Part shown: positions 30,209-40,014 of the stretch, piece by piece
How the letters are laid out: each line of letters opens with the position of its first letter
How positions within the stretch are numbered: the stretch's first letter is position 1
Origin: an uncultured Arcobacteraceae bacterium
GTDB lineage: Bacteria; Campylobacterota; Campylobacteria; Campylobacterales; Arcobacteraceae
Length of the DNA stretch: 64,000 nucleotides
Reading direction: 5' to 3'
NCBI GenBank assembly: GCA_964022095.1
Contig: CAXHZO010000010.1
Coordinates: 16,010-80,009 of the forward strand
Translations under genes and position numbers: made by a program
The notes under the pieces: generated by a model
Seen by the model: the letters and a program-made list of their open reading frames with translations, nothing else
The model's database searches: none
What the model was told of the DNA's origin: nothing

Positions 30209-31554
30209 TAGTTAAATACCTTTTTGATAATCTGCTCTATACTATCTATTTCATGTTCACCTATAGTTCTAAAATCTAATAGGACTTTGTCATTTTCTAT
30301 TCTTGTGATTAGGTTTTGTTCTCTTAGAAGTTTTTCTATTTTGTTTGGTTTGTAGTTTTTGTATTCTAAACTAAGTGCGATAGATGGTATTTTTTTATTT
30401 GGAGTAGTGCCTCCTCCTACCATAGTACTCGTTTCTATAACTTCACAACTACATAGAGTATCAAGTCTTTGTTTTAATATGTTTGCTCTTTGTGATAGTG
30501 TTTGTGTGCTTGTATGAAGCATTTTTAAAGTAGGGATTGAGTCTAGCTCATCTTTTAAGTATGAGTTTAGAGTATCTTCTAAGATTGAAAGAGTGATTTT
30601 ATCAACTCTTAGCATTCGTAAGAGTTGGTTTTTTTTGATTTTTTCAATTAGTTCTTTTTTACCTATGATAATCCCAGCTTGTACACTTCCTAGAAGTTTA
30701 TCCCCTGAAAAACTTAGAAGTGAAGGATTGTATTTCATGATTTCTTTTATAGATGGTTCATTTTTATTTAGGTTATATGGTAGATCTATCATGTGACCAC
30801 TTCCCATATCGTAGTAGTCTATTACATCATTTTCTTTTGCAACTTTTACTACATCTTCAAAATCAACTTCACTACTAAAACCTTCAATTGAATAGTTTGA
30901 TTTGTGTACTTTCATCAGCATTGAAGTGTCTTCACAAATGGCATTTTCATAATCCCTTAGATGGGTTTTATTTGTAGTTCCGATTTCTTTTAGTATTGCT
31001 CCACTTTGAGTCATCACTTCAGGAACTCTAAAACTCCCACCAATCTCCACAAGTTCACCACGACTTACAACTGCTTGCTTGCCTTTACAAAAAGTATTTA
31101 GTATCAAAAACACTGCACTTGCGTTATTGTTTACTACTATGGCATCTTCACAACCTGTTAGGGCTTGAAGTGTTTTTACTATGTGTGAGTATCGCTCACC
31201 TCTTTTGCCTTTTTCTAAGTCATATTCTAAGTTGTTGTATGATGTAGCTATATTGATAGCTTTATTTAGTGAGTCTTTGTTTATAAGACTTCTTCCAAGG
31301 TTTGTATGTACTATGATACCAGTTGCATTTATCACACTTTGAAGTGATGGAGAGATTTGATTTTCATACTCTTTTATAGTTTGATTTATAAGTGCTTGTT
31401 CATCTATAGAGTTTATGTTGTTATTCAAAATATCAGTTCTAAGGTTTTCTATGATTTGTTTAGAGATTTTTTTGATGAGAGATTTTGAATATCCATCAAA
31501 AGCTTTGTTATTGATAAACTTATCAATCTTTGGAATGGATTTTAGTAAAGTCAT
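30208..31554 (-). CDS. selA: L-seryl-tRNA(Sec) selenium transferase
   Basis: INATGIIVHTNLGR, VNNNASAV, SRGELVEIGGSFR, FSGDKLLG; start placed at MTLLKSIP (31554). Confidence 0.96.
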   Translation of the reverse strand: MTLLKSIPKIDKFINNKAFDGYSKSLIKKISKQIIENLRTDILNNNINSIDEQALINQTIKEYENQISPSLQSVINATGIIVHTNLGRSLINKDSLNKAINIATSYNNLEYDLEKGKRGERYSHIVKTLQALTGCEDAIVVNNNASAVFLILNTFCKGKQAVVSRGELVEIGGSFRVPEVMTQSGAILKEIGTTNKTHLRDYENAICEDTSMLMKVHKSNYSIEGFSSEVDFEDVVKVAKENDVIDYYDMGSGHMIDLPYNLNKNEPSIKEIMKYNPSLLSFSGDKLLGSVQAGIIIGKKELIEKIKKNQLLRMLRVDKITLSILEDTLNSYLKDELDSIPTLKMLHTSTQTLSQRANILKQRLDTLCSCEVIETSTMVGGGTTPNKKIPSIALSLEYKNYKPNKIEKLLREQNLITRIENDKVLLDFRTIGEHEIDSIEQIIKKVFN

Positions 31555-31609
31555 TTTGACCCTTTTATTAATATTTAAAATGTATTGTTGTAAAATCAAA
31601 TTCTTAAAT

Positions 31610-31708
31610 GGGAGATATGTGTACCTGGTGGGCACCACAGGCTTCAACCCTGATTGAGAGAATATGTGTATATTCTCTGGGAGGTTCGATTCCTTCATCT
31701 TCTCGCCA
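31610..31708 (+). tRNA. selC: tRNA-Sec(TCA)
   Basis: CAGG-CTTCAAC-CCTG anticodon arm with TCA, long variable arm GAGAATAT...ATATTCTC, GTTCGATTC, GCCA end; divergent from selA. Confidence 0.92.
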
Positions 31709-31855
31709 TTTAATCTGACTTAAATTTTAAATATTCTATCTAAACTCTGATTTTATGATACTTAATAAAATGGTAAAGAAAGTTTTACTATTTTAAATAT
31801 TCATTAATACAGAGCATATTATAAAATGGCATTTGATAGGACTTGAAGCTAAAAA

Positions 31856-31870
31856 CGCCGGGGCCGAAAC
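31856..31870 (+). repeat. att core, left boundary of element 2
   Basis: Identical to 50567-50581. Confidence 0.93.
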
Positions 31871-32029
31871 TTTGTTGCTCTATTTTTACAATAAAATACA
31901 ATAATTACAATAATCCACAAAGAACCTATAAATAGGCTTTTATAATAGTTTTTCAAGAATTGACTTTTTACAATATTACCAATATAATACAATAAAACAC
32001 TTTCTCTAGTGTGAAATAGGTGTGATAAA

Positions 32030-33148
32030 TTGGCAAGACATACAACTAAATATGCAGGAATACTTTATAGAGATTCTATGACAAATGAGAAGCCTGATAA
32101 AACGTATTATATCAGATATAAAGATGAAAACAAAAGAACTAAAGAATTAAAAATAGGTAAATATTCAGAAGGAATAAGAGAAAACTATTGTAATCAAAAA
32201 AGAAATGAAATCATCACAAAAATAAGACTAGGAGAAGAACCTCCAGCTGCAGCAAAAAATAAAAGAACAAAGAAAATATTATTAGATGATATAAAAGAAA
32301 TCTATTTTGAAACAAGAAGAGATGGAAGAAGTAAACAAAGCGATTTAGCTTCATATAATAAACACTTACATCCTTTTTTCAAGAATCTTAATTTGGAGTT
32401 AGTTTCAAAAGAAGATATAAGAAAACTACAAAAGACTTTAAAAGAGAAAAAGAACCCATTAGGAAAGGATTTATCTACAAAAACCATTCATAATATACTA
32501 ACAATTTTAAAATCTATTACAAGCTTTGCAATAAAAGAAGAACTGTTAAAAAATGATTATAAAAAACATATTGAAATGGATACAGTTAGAAATCAAAGAG
32601 ATCGATATTTAACAATAGAAGAAATCAATATTCTATATGAGTATATAAAAGACGATCTTAGGCTTTACCTATTTTCTAAAATTGGATTAACAACGGGGGC
32701 AAGACTTGCCTCAATTATCCATCTTTCAAAAAAAGACATTGACTTTAGTAATCAACTTATTACCATTTGTGATTTTAAAAAAGATCAAGATGGGAAAATC
32801 ACATATAAAAGTTTTTTAACGGATGAACTAGCTCAATTACTTAAAAATCATACACAAGAATTAAAACCAAATGATAAAATATTTCATAAGAACCCATCTA
32901 CAATACAAAAGAATTTACAAAAAATACTGAATGAACTATTTAACCAGGGAATTGACCCTAATGATAGAAAGAATAAAGCAGTAGTGCATACACTAAGACA
33001 CACCTTTGCTTCTCATTTAGCTATAAATGGTACACCTATCTTTACTATTCAAAAGTTAATGAACCATAAAACTATAGACATGACTTTAAGATATGCAAAA
33101 TTAGCTCCAGAAAGTGGGAGAAATTCGATCTGTAGACTGTACAATTAA
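32030..33148 (+). CDS. Tyrosine integrase
   Basis: TGARL, HTLRHTFAS, MNH, LRYA. Confidence 0.95.
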   Translation: MARHTTKYAGILYRDSMTNEKPDKTYYIRYKDENKRTKELKIGKYSEGIRENYCNQKRNEIITKIRLGEEPPAAAKNKRTKKILLDDIKEIYFETRRDGRSKQSDLASYNKHLHPFFKNLNLELVSKEDIRKLQKTLKEKKNPLGKDLSTKTIHNILTILKSITSFAIKEELLKNDYKKHIEMDTVRNQRDRYLTIEEINILYEYIKDDLRLYLFSKIGLTTGARLASIIHLSKKDIDFSNQLITICDFKKDQDGKITYKSFLTDELAQLLKNHTQELKPNDKIFHKNPSTIQKNLQKILNELFNQGIDPNDRKNKAVVHTLRHTFASHLAINGTPIFTIQKLMNHKTIDMTLRYAKLAPESGRNSICRLYN

Positions 33149-33235
33149 TATATTCAATTATTATATTTATTTGGAATTTTAAGTTTACTTTAAATATAAT
33201 TCACTCACTTAAAGTTGATAAAAGGTATCATAAGA

Positions 33236-34507
33236 ATGACATATTTTAGTAAATTACAAAACAATATTAATAATTGTAAACTAAAATATATTGATCTATT
33301 TTCAGGTGCAGGAGGTTTATCTGAAGGTTTTTTAACTGAAGGTTATAATCCCATAGTACATGTAGAGATTGATGAACATGCTTGCAAAACTCTTGAGACA
33401 AGACTTATTTACCATAAGCTAAAAAAACAAAATAATCTTAAAGCGTATGATGACTATCTATTGGGGAAGATTAAAAGAGAAGATTTTTTAGATAAATATA
33501 GTGATTCAAATATAAAAGAATCTATTATTAACAAACCTATTGGTGAAGAGAACCCTTTTATTTTTAGTAAAATTGATAATCTGATAGATGGTACTAATGT
33601 CGACTTAATTATTGGTGGACCACCATGTCAAGCTTATTCATTGGTAGGACGAGCTAGAGATAAGAATGGGATGAAAAATGACCCAAGAAATTACTTATAT
33701 AAAGAATATGCTAAGTTTCTAAAAAAATATAACCCTAAAGTTTTTGTATTTGAAAATGTTATGGGATTAATTACAGCAGAAGAAGGTAAATATTTTAAAA
33801 ATATGAAAGCCTACTTCAAAAGAGTTGGATATAATTTAGATTATACTATTCAAAATTCTGTAGATTTTGGTGTATTACAAAGTAGAAAAAGAATTATATT
33901 AATTGGTTGGCAGAAAGGATTAGATTTTCAGTATCCTGAGTTTAACCAGAAAAAACAAGATTTTACAATAAAAGATATATTATCAGATTTAAAAAAAATT
34001 AAACCTGGAAATAAAATACATACATCGAAATATACTTCAGAACCCAATGAATATTTGAAATATTCAGGAATTAGAGATAATGAAAGTTTTGTAACTCAGC
34101 ATATTGCTAGACCACATAATGATAGAGATCTTTCAATTTATAAAATAGCAATAAATAAATGGCTAAAGAATAAAGAAAGACTAAAATATCCAGATTTACC
34201 AGAGAAACTTAAAACACATAAAAATCAAAAATCCTTTGCAGATAGATATAAAGTAGTTGACCCACTTGGAGTTTCTCACACAATGGTTGCACATATTTCA
34301 AAAGATGGACATCATTATATTTACCCAGATACAAAACAAATTAGATCTCTATCAGTTAGAGAAGCGGCAAGAATCCAATCTTTTCCTGACAGTTATTTTT
34401 TTGAAGGTGGTAGAACTTCTGCATTTAGACAAATTGGAAATGCTGTTCCACCTCTTATGTCAAAAGAAATTGCATCAAAAATAAAAAGGCAGCTAAAAAA
34501 TGCATAA
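33236..34507 (+). CDS. DNA (cytosine-5) methyltransferase
   Basis: DLFSGAGG, GGPPCQ, ENV, QSRKR, REAARIQSFPD, QIGNAVPP. Confidence 0.96.
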   Translation: MTYFSKLQNNINNCKLKYIDLFSGAGGLSEGFLTEGYNPIVHVEIDEHACKTLETRLIYHKLKKQNNLKAYDDYLLGKIKREDFLDKYSDSNIKESIINKPIGEENPFIFSKIDNLIDGTNVDLIIGGPPCQAYSLVGRARDKNGMKNDPRNYLYKEYAKFLKKYNPKVFVFENVMGLITAEEGKYFKNMKAYFKRVGYNLDYTIQNSVDFGVLQSRKRIILIGWQKGLDFQYPEFNQKKQDFTIKDILSDLKKIKPGNKIHTSKYTSEPNEYLKYSGIRDNESFVTQHIARPHNDRDLSIYKIAINKWLKNKERLKYPDLPEKLKTHKNQKSFADRYKVVDPLGVSHTMVAHISKDGHHYIYPDTKQIRSLSVREAARIQSFPDSYFFEGGRTSAFRQIGNAVPPLMSKEIASKIKRQLKNA

Positions 34508-36692
34508 TAAATCATTTAAACCAAAAGCTCACATCTTAAGACTATTAGGAAATGAGCTTATTAAAAATCCAACAATGGCAATTTATGAACTAATTAAAAA
34601 CAGTTATGATGCTGACTCAACATATGTTAATGTAACTTTTGAATCAATAGATGATATTTCACAGGCACTAATTAGTGTAGAAGATAATGGAACAGGATTA
34701 ACAACAGAAATTATAGAAACAATTTGGCTTGAACCAGGAACAGACCATAGAAAACCAATTGATAAAAATGGAAATAGAATTATCAAGAGAAGTCCTATAT
34801 TTAGAAGGGTTCCTATGGGAGAAAAAGGAGTTGGTAGATTTGCTGTTCATAAGTTAGGTGATAATATTGAATTAATTACTCGACCAAAGAATGTGATACT
34901 TGATAAAAATCACAAAGTAATTAAAGAAGAACTTCTTGATTATGAAATAACATTAAAGATTGACTGGAATATATTTTCACAAAAACAATATTTAGACGAT
35001 ATTCTTATTAGTTGGAATGAAGAGAAAGATCCATCAAAGTTTTATTTTAAAAATTCTTCTGGAACTAAAATTAAAATTACAGGACTCAAAGAACCATGGT
35101 CAAAAAGAATGGCTAAAGACTTAAAAAGAAATACTCTTGCAATGCTATCTCCAAAAAATAATCCAGATACTTTTAAAATAAATCTAGATTTTAAAAATAA
35201 CTGGCTGGAAAACTTTAAAGATGTAAATGAAATATTAGAAATTGCTCCTTATAAATTTAATGCTTTATTGGATGAAAACTATAATCTTACAGTTAATTAT
35301 GAATTTAACTTAGCCCTAGAAAATGAATTTGGGAAAAGAGAAATCCAAGAAGACACCTATAATATTCAAGGACTTCTACTTCCTGAAATAAGAGCAGAAC
35401 TAAAAGATGAAGATTTTACAGAAGAGGAAATTGAAAAGAAGATGGAACAATTTCTGACTACTAAAAATCCATTTGGTAGTTTGTTCTTAGAAATTTACTC
35501 TTATGACTTAGATTCTGATACTTTAAAAAAATATACAGAGGAAGCGCAAACCTTAAAAGCTATACTTAAAAATCATTCTGGAATAAAAGTTTTTAAAAAT
35601 GAAATGAGGGTTTATGATTATGGTGAGCCAGGAAATGATTGGCTAAAACTTGATATAAGAAGAATTCAAAATAAAGATTGGTTTTCAAATAATCAAAATA
35701 TTGGATATATTCATCTTGATGCCGAACAATCTACATCACTTATTGAAAAAACAAGTAGAGAAGGATTTATTGATAATAATGATTTTAAAATATTTTATAA
35801 GTGTGTAATTCAAATTTTAACTGACTTTAAAGCGGAAAGATTAAAAGACAGAAATAAATGGTTAACATACCTTAAAAGTGATTCCAATCCAAGTCCTGTA
35901 GATAATCAATACAATTTATTTACTAGTTTGATTGATAATACAGATTTCTCAGAAGAAGAACAAAAAAAGAAGTTAAAAAAAGAAGCAGAAAAACTACAGC
36001 AAGACTATGAAGAGAAAAAAGAAACAATGTTAATTCCTGCAGGAGTGGGAATGACAGCTTCAGTTGCACTACATGAAATTGAGAAAGTTGTTCCTCAAAT
36101 GGAAAAAGTTGTTCAAGACGAACCTTTTAAAAAAGATTTAGCCATAGAAAAAGTTGAGGAATTGAAAGACTATTTAGAAGGTATTTTATCTGTTTTAAGA
36201 AAAGGTGGGAATAAACCTATAAAAGTAAAAGAGGTACTTGAAAAAGCCATATCTAATTATAAATTCAAACTAAGTAATCGTAAAATCATTATTGAATCAA
36301 TTTATGATAATAATATTGAGACAATAAAATGTGATAAAAGATATTTTATCACAATGATAATGAATATGATTGATAATAGTATATATTGGCTTGATACAAC
36401 ATATAATAATGAAAAATATATTTTGATAAAAACGATAAAAGAAGAAGATAATACGGTTTCTATTATTATTGCAGATAATGGTCCTGGTTTCAAAGATGAA
36501 ATTAAAGATATAGTAAGACCTTTCTTTTCTAGGAAAGAAGATGGTATAGGAATTGGCTTATATTTAGTGGACACAATAATGATGAAATATGGGAAACTTG
36601 AAATTATAAATATAAAAGAAAATAATAAATATAGTATATCTAGTAAATATACAGGGGCAGTATTAAAACTTTCATTTAAAAGGAATCAATAA
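34500..36692 (+). CDS. MORC/MutL-like GHKL ATPase fused to a histidine kinase
   Basis: N-terminal ELIKNSYDA, EDNGTG, GEKGVGRFA, GTKI; C-terminal ALHEIEK H-box, NMIDNSIYW, DNGPG, PFFS, GIGIGLY; no TM segment. Confidence 0.9.
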   Translation: MHNKSFKPKAHILRLLGNELIKNPTMAIYELIKNSYDADSTYVNVTFESIDDISQALISVEDNGTGLTTEIIETIWLEPGTDHRKPIDKNGNRIIKRSPIFRRVPMGEKGVGRFAVHKLGDNIELITRPKNVILDKNHKVIKEELLDYEITLKIDWNIFSQKQYLDDILISWNEEKDPSKFYFKNSSGTKIKITGLKEPWSKRMAKDLKRNTLAMLSPKNNPDTFKINLDFKNNWLENFKDVNEILEIAPYKFNALLDENYNLTVNYEFNLALENEFGKREIQEDTYNIQGLLLPEIRAELKDEDFTEEEIEKKMEQFLTTKNPFGSLFLEIYSYDLDSDTLKKYTEEAQTLKAILKNHSGIKVFKNEMRVYDYGEPGNDWLKLDIRRIQNKDWFSNNQNIGYIHLDAEQSTSLIEKTSREGFIDNNDFKIFYKCVIQILTDFKAERLKDRNKWLTYLKSDSNPSPVDNQYNLFTSLIDNTDFSEEEQKKKLKKEAEKLQQDYEEKKETMLIPAGVGMTASVALHEIEKVVPQMEKVVQDEPFKKDLAIEKVEELKDYLEGILSVLRKGGNKPIKVKEVLEKAISNYKFKLSNRKIIIESIYDNNIETIKCDKRYFITMIMNMIDNSIYWLDTTYNNEKYILIKTIKEEDNTVSIIIADNGPGFKDEIKDIVRPFFSRKEDGIGIGLYLVDTIMMKYGKLEIINIKENNKYSISSKYTGAVLKLSFKRNQ

Positions 36693-36693
36693 A

Positions 36694-37983
36694 ATGCTTA
36701 CAGTTGAACCTAATATAATTATAGTTGATGATAAGTTTGATGAAATTAAAGGTATTCTTCAAGAATATCAAAATAGTGGTAGTGGTGTAAAGTATTATAA
36801 TGCCCATTTGACAGATGGTGACTCTATTCCAGATAAATATTATTCTGATATAGTATTGATCTTTTTAGATGTACATTTTACTGAAAATACAGATGACTAT
36901 GATCCTGAACTATGTAGCGGATGGATTCAGGGATTAATACCTGAAAATTCTTTTTATATACTAATTTTATGGTCAAAAGAAACAGATAAAGAAGAAGAGA
37001 TATTAACTCAATTGAAAAATATTAATAGAACCCCTTTCATGTGTATTGCTGAACAAAAAACTAATTACATAACAGCAACGGGATATGATTTTACTAGGTT
37101 GTATAACGATGTTGAAAATAAACTAAATCAAAATAATGAACTAAAAGAACTTGCTATTTGGAAAAAAAGTATTAAAGAATCTTCTAATCAAATCATTGGC
37201 CATTTATCTAAAGGGCTAGAAGAACCTAACCTATTAATAAAAAAACTTCAAAAAATTATTATTGCACATGGAGGGAAAGGATTTATTTCAGATAATAAAC
37301 ATGAAGAAAAAAGAGAAATACTTTTTGAAGCCTTAGATAATATTCTTATTTCTAACTCCAAAGAATCTAGACCAAATATAGCAATATCTCAAAATAACAA
37401 AGACAATTTATATAAAATAGGAGAAAATATAACTGTTGATATAGATTCAAAATTAAATAGTTGGTTTCATTTTAAATTAGACAAAAATCTTCAAACCACT
37501 AAATTACAAATAGGACTAATTTCTATATTTAACAATGAATTTCTAAAAAACACCTATAGCTTAGTAGATGACCCTATTGCCAGTGATTATTTAAAACATC
37601 AAGTTTCAGCAGGTAAAGAGTTGATTGATATTGCCTTATTAATATCAAGACCTTGTGATATTGCACAAACAAAATATGGCAAAAATTTAAAATTAATAAG
37701 TGGAGTTATAATTAAAAATCCAGTTAGAAAAGAAAATACAAAAAAAGAAATAAAAACTGGACAAAAAGTTGATTCAATAAAGTTGTATGATCACTTATAC
37801 TTTTCAGAAGAAGAGAAAGATATTTCTTTAATATTTGATTTTAGATATGTCTTCTCTATACCAGAAAAAATCTTTCAAGATAAATTTAAAGCAATAAAAG
37901 TATTTAATAAAGAATTACTTTCTGAAATGCAGGTTGAATATAGTGCATATTCAAGTAGATTAGGTATCACACAAGTTATATAA
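36694..37983 (+). CDS. Receiver-domain protein with an uncharacterised C-terminal region
   Basis: IIVDD, IFLD (putative phosphoacceptor), LWS; C-terminal RPCDIAQTK, FDFR and SRLG motifs; 1 bp after the kinase stop. Confidence 0.8.
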   Translation: MLTVEPNIIIVDDKFDEIKGILQEYQNSGSGVKYYNAHLTDGDSIPDKYYSDIVLIFLDVHFTENTDDYDPELCSGWIQGLIPENSFYILILWSKETDKEEEILTQLKNINRTPFMCIAEQKTNYITATGYDFTRLYNDVENKLNQNNELKELAIWKKSIKESSNQIIGHLSKGLEEPNLLIKKLQKIIIAHGGKGFISDNKHEEKREILFEALDNILISNSKESRPNIAISQNNKDNLYKIGENITVDIDSKLNSWFHFKLDKNLQTTKLQIGLISIFNNEFLKNTYSLVDDPIASDYLKHQVSAGKELIDIALLISRPCDIAQTKYGKNLKLISGVIIKNPVRKENTKKEIKTGQKVDSIKLYDHLYFSEEEKDISLIFDFRYVFSIPEKIFQDKFKAIKVFNKELLSEMQVEYSAYSSRLGITQVI

Positions 37984-37995
37984 AAGTAGGAAGAA

Positions 37996-40014
37996 TTAGT
38001 CTTCCTCTTTATTAAGTAAATTCATTATTTTTTTTAACTTTTCATCATCTGCATAAAAATATTCCTCTAGAAGAGGTTTAAGTTTATAATTTCTAATAAA
38101 TTCTAAATCAATGTCTTCTCCCATAAAATAACTATGACCTAATTTATAATCTTCCCCTATGTTATCTTCAATAAATTCATTTAGTTCTATCATAAGTTCT
38201 CTAGCTTCATTATCTTCTACTAAACTATATTTGGGTTTCATTTTTATAAAAGTAAACCGTCTTCTTAAAGCTATATCTATTGTTGCAATTGATTTATCTG
38301 TACTATTCATAGTTGATATAATATAAAGGTTTGATGGGATATAAAAGTCTTCTTTAGAATATGGCAGGGTTACACTGTACTTATCTCTTTTATCTTCTTC
38401 AATAAGAGTAATAAGCTCACCAAAAACCTTAGATATATTTCCTCTATTTATTTCATCAATAACAATATAGTAGTTTTGTTTTTCACTTTTTTCAACTTTT
38501 ATATTTTTATCATTTTTTTTCGATTTAAACTCTTTAAAAAGTTGATATAGCTTAAAATAATAGGTTGCATGTTGTTTAGATAAACTACTGATTTTTTCTA
38601 AATGTTTAATTTGTTTTCTCTCTTGAATATCATTTTTGTAGAATTCAAAAATATCATTAAATTTCATTCTTAAGCCACGTTCATGTTCACTCCAATTATC
38701 ACCTTTATATCTAAAGGCATCTTCTTCAATTTCATAAATATATACAGCATCCGTAAGTGTTAACTTTGAATCTTCTACTATTTTATTTGATACATATTCA
38801 CAAAACTCTTCAAATATATTAATTGTCCTTTTTTCTTCTTGAATAACTAATTCATCTTTTAAGCTATTTTCTAAGTTAATTCTAGCTTTTTCAGCAATAA
38901 TTTTAAAAATACCATCTTTTCTAACAATTCTATCTTCATCTTCACTTGGTCGGTACCCTTCTATAAAATCTTCATATGAATAACTTTGGTGGAAAGTTAC
39001 AAACTCAATTCTATCTTCCTTTTTTATTTGATTAAAAAGATCATGATTAATTTCAATGTCATTTTCATCTTCTACTGCTTTTAAAATTTCTTTTATATTT
39101 TTATCACCACTTTCAATCATAGTGATAAGATTTTTATAGTTATATGTTTTACCTACACCCGGTGCGCCATAAAGCATCAGGTTTTTAATCTTTATTTCAT
39201 GTGAGTTTGATGTGTTCTTTACTCTTGTTAGATCTAATGATTGAAGAAAGCTTATATATTTCTTTATTGCAGCACTTGGTGCTCTATTTTGCGTCTTCAA
39301 ATTAAAGTCTTTTAAATCTCCATTGAAACATCTATCATAGAGATTGTTCAATTTTTCTATATTCTGTATTTTAAACACGGTATCAGGAAATGTATTCTCT
39401 ATACTCTCCATAGTTTCAGGGATATCTCTTTTTAGCATATTGGGATAAGTACTTAATGTTGCTTGACTATGACCCATTTTAACTAAGTATTCTCTAAATT
39501 TTGATTCTAATTCTTGATGATCCATTTCTTGAATTTCCTTTTTCTCTAATTTACTTGTATAGGTAGGCATAACCTTTAAAAAATCTATCATAGTATCAAT
39601 TTGCCAGTTTATATATTCATCCCATTTTGTTTCATCTTCTAAATCAACTTCTTTTTTAGCAAAGATTCTACAGACTGTCCCTTTTGCAGACTCACCTTTT
39701 CCTTGCCAAACAATATTTTTTGTTGTTAATTCATTTTCTATTGATTCTTGATGTATTTTTAATTGATTAAAATAGCTTTCATAATAATTTTTTTCATTGA
39801 TGTAAACTTCTACGATTAAACCATTAAAGTCATTTCCATAAGTAGTACTTCTATCACTTGAAATTACAAAGTTGTATCTTACTTGTTCATATTGAAAAGA
39901 TTGAGCGTGATATTTACCTTCTCTATATTCAAATTCCTTTTTTTTTGGGAAGTTACTTTTTTGCTTTTTTTGTTTTTCTAGTAGTTTTTTAAAATATTTA
40001 CTATAGTCCATCAA
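37996..40014 (-). CDS. mcrB: McrB-family AAA+ GTPase with a variant N-terminal specificity region
   Basis: GAPGVGKT, TFHQSYSYEDFIEG, IDEINRGN, MNSTD, ALRRRF. Confidence 0.93.
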   Translation of the reverse strand: MMDYSKYFKKLLEKQKKQKSNFPKKKEFEYREGKYHAQSFQYEQVRYNFVISSDRSTTYGNDFNGLIVEVYINEKNYYESYFNQLKIHQESIENELTTKNIVWQGKGESAKGTVCRIFAKKEVDLEDETKWDEYINWQIDTMIDFLKVMPTYTSKLEKKEIQEMDHQELESKFREYLVKMGHSQATLSTYPNMLKRDIPETMESIENTFPDTVFKIQNIEKLNNLYDRCFNGDLKDFNLKTQNRAPSAAIKKYISFLQSLDLTRVKNTSNSHEIKIKNLMLYGAPGVGKTYNYKNLITMIESGDKNIKEILKAVEDENDIEINHDLFNQIKKEDRIEFVTFHQSYSYEDFIEGYRPSEDEDRIVRKDGIFKIIAEKARINLENSLKDELVIQEEKRTINIFEEFCEYVSNKIVEDSKLTLTDAVYIYEIEEDAFRYKGDNWSEHERGLRMKFNDIFEFYKNDIQERKQIKHLEKISSLSKQHATYYFKLYQLFKEFKSKKNDKNIKVEKSEKQNYYIVIDEINRGNISKVFGELITLIEEDKRDKYSVTLPYSKEDFYIPSNLYIISTMNSTDKSIATIDIALRRRFTFIKMKPKYSLVEDNEARELMIELNEFIEDNIGEDYKLGHSYFMGEDIDLEFIRNYKLKPLLEEYFYADDEKLKKIMNLLNKEED

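Noticed and set aside
31555-31698. N-terminal extension of SelA in the ORF track
   Set aside because: It runs antisense through tRNA-Sec; SelA-like sequence begins at the ATG at 31554
31610-31708. selC as the integration site of element 2
   Set aside because: No duplication of the selC 3' end at the far boundary; the real repeat is the tRNA-Arg-derived 15-mer about 150 bp downstream
31887-31994. CRISPR-like or iteron array from TACAATA repeats
   Set aside because: 7-bp units with no repeat-spacer periodicity and no cas genes; better explained as att-arm sites
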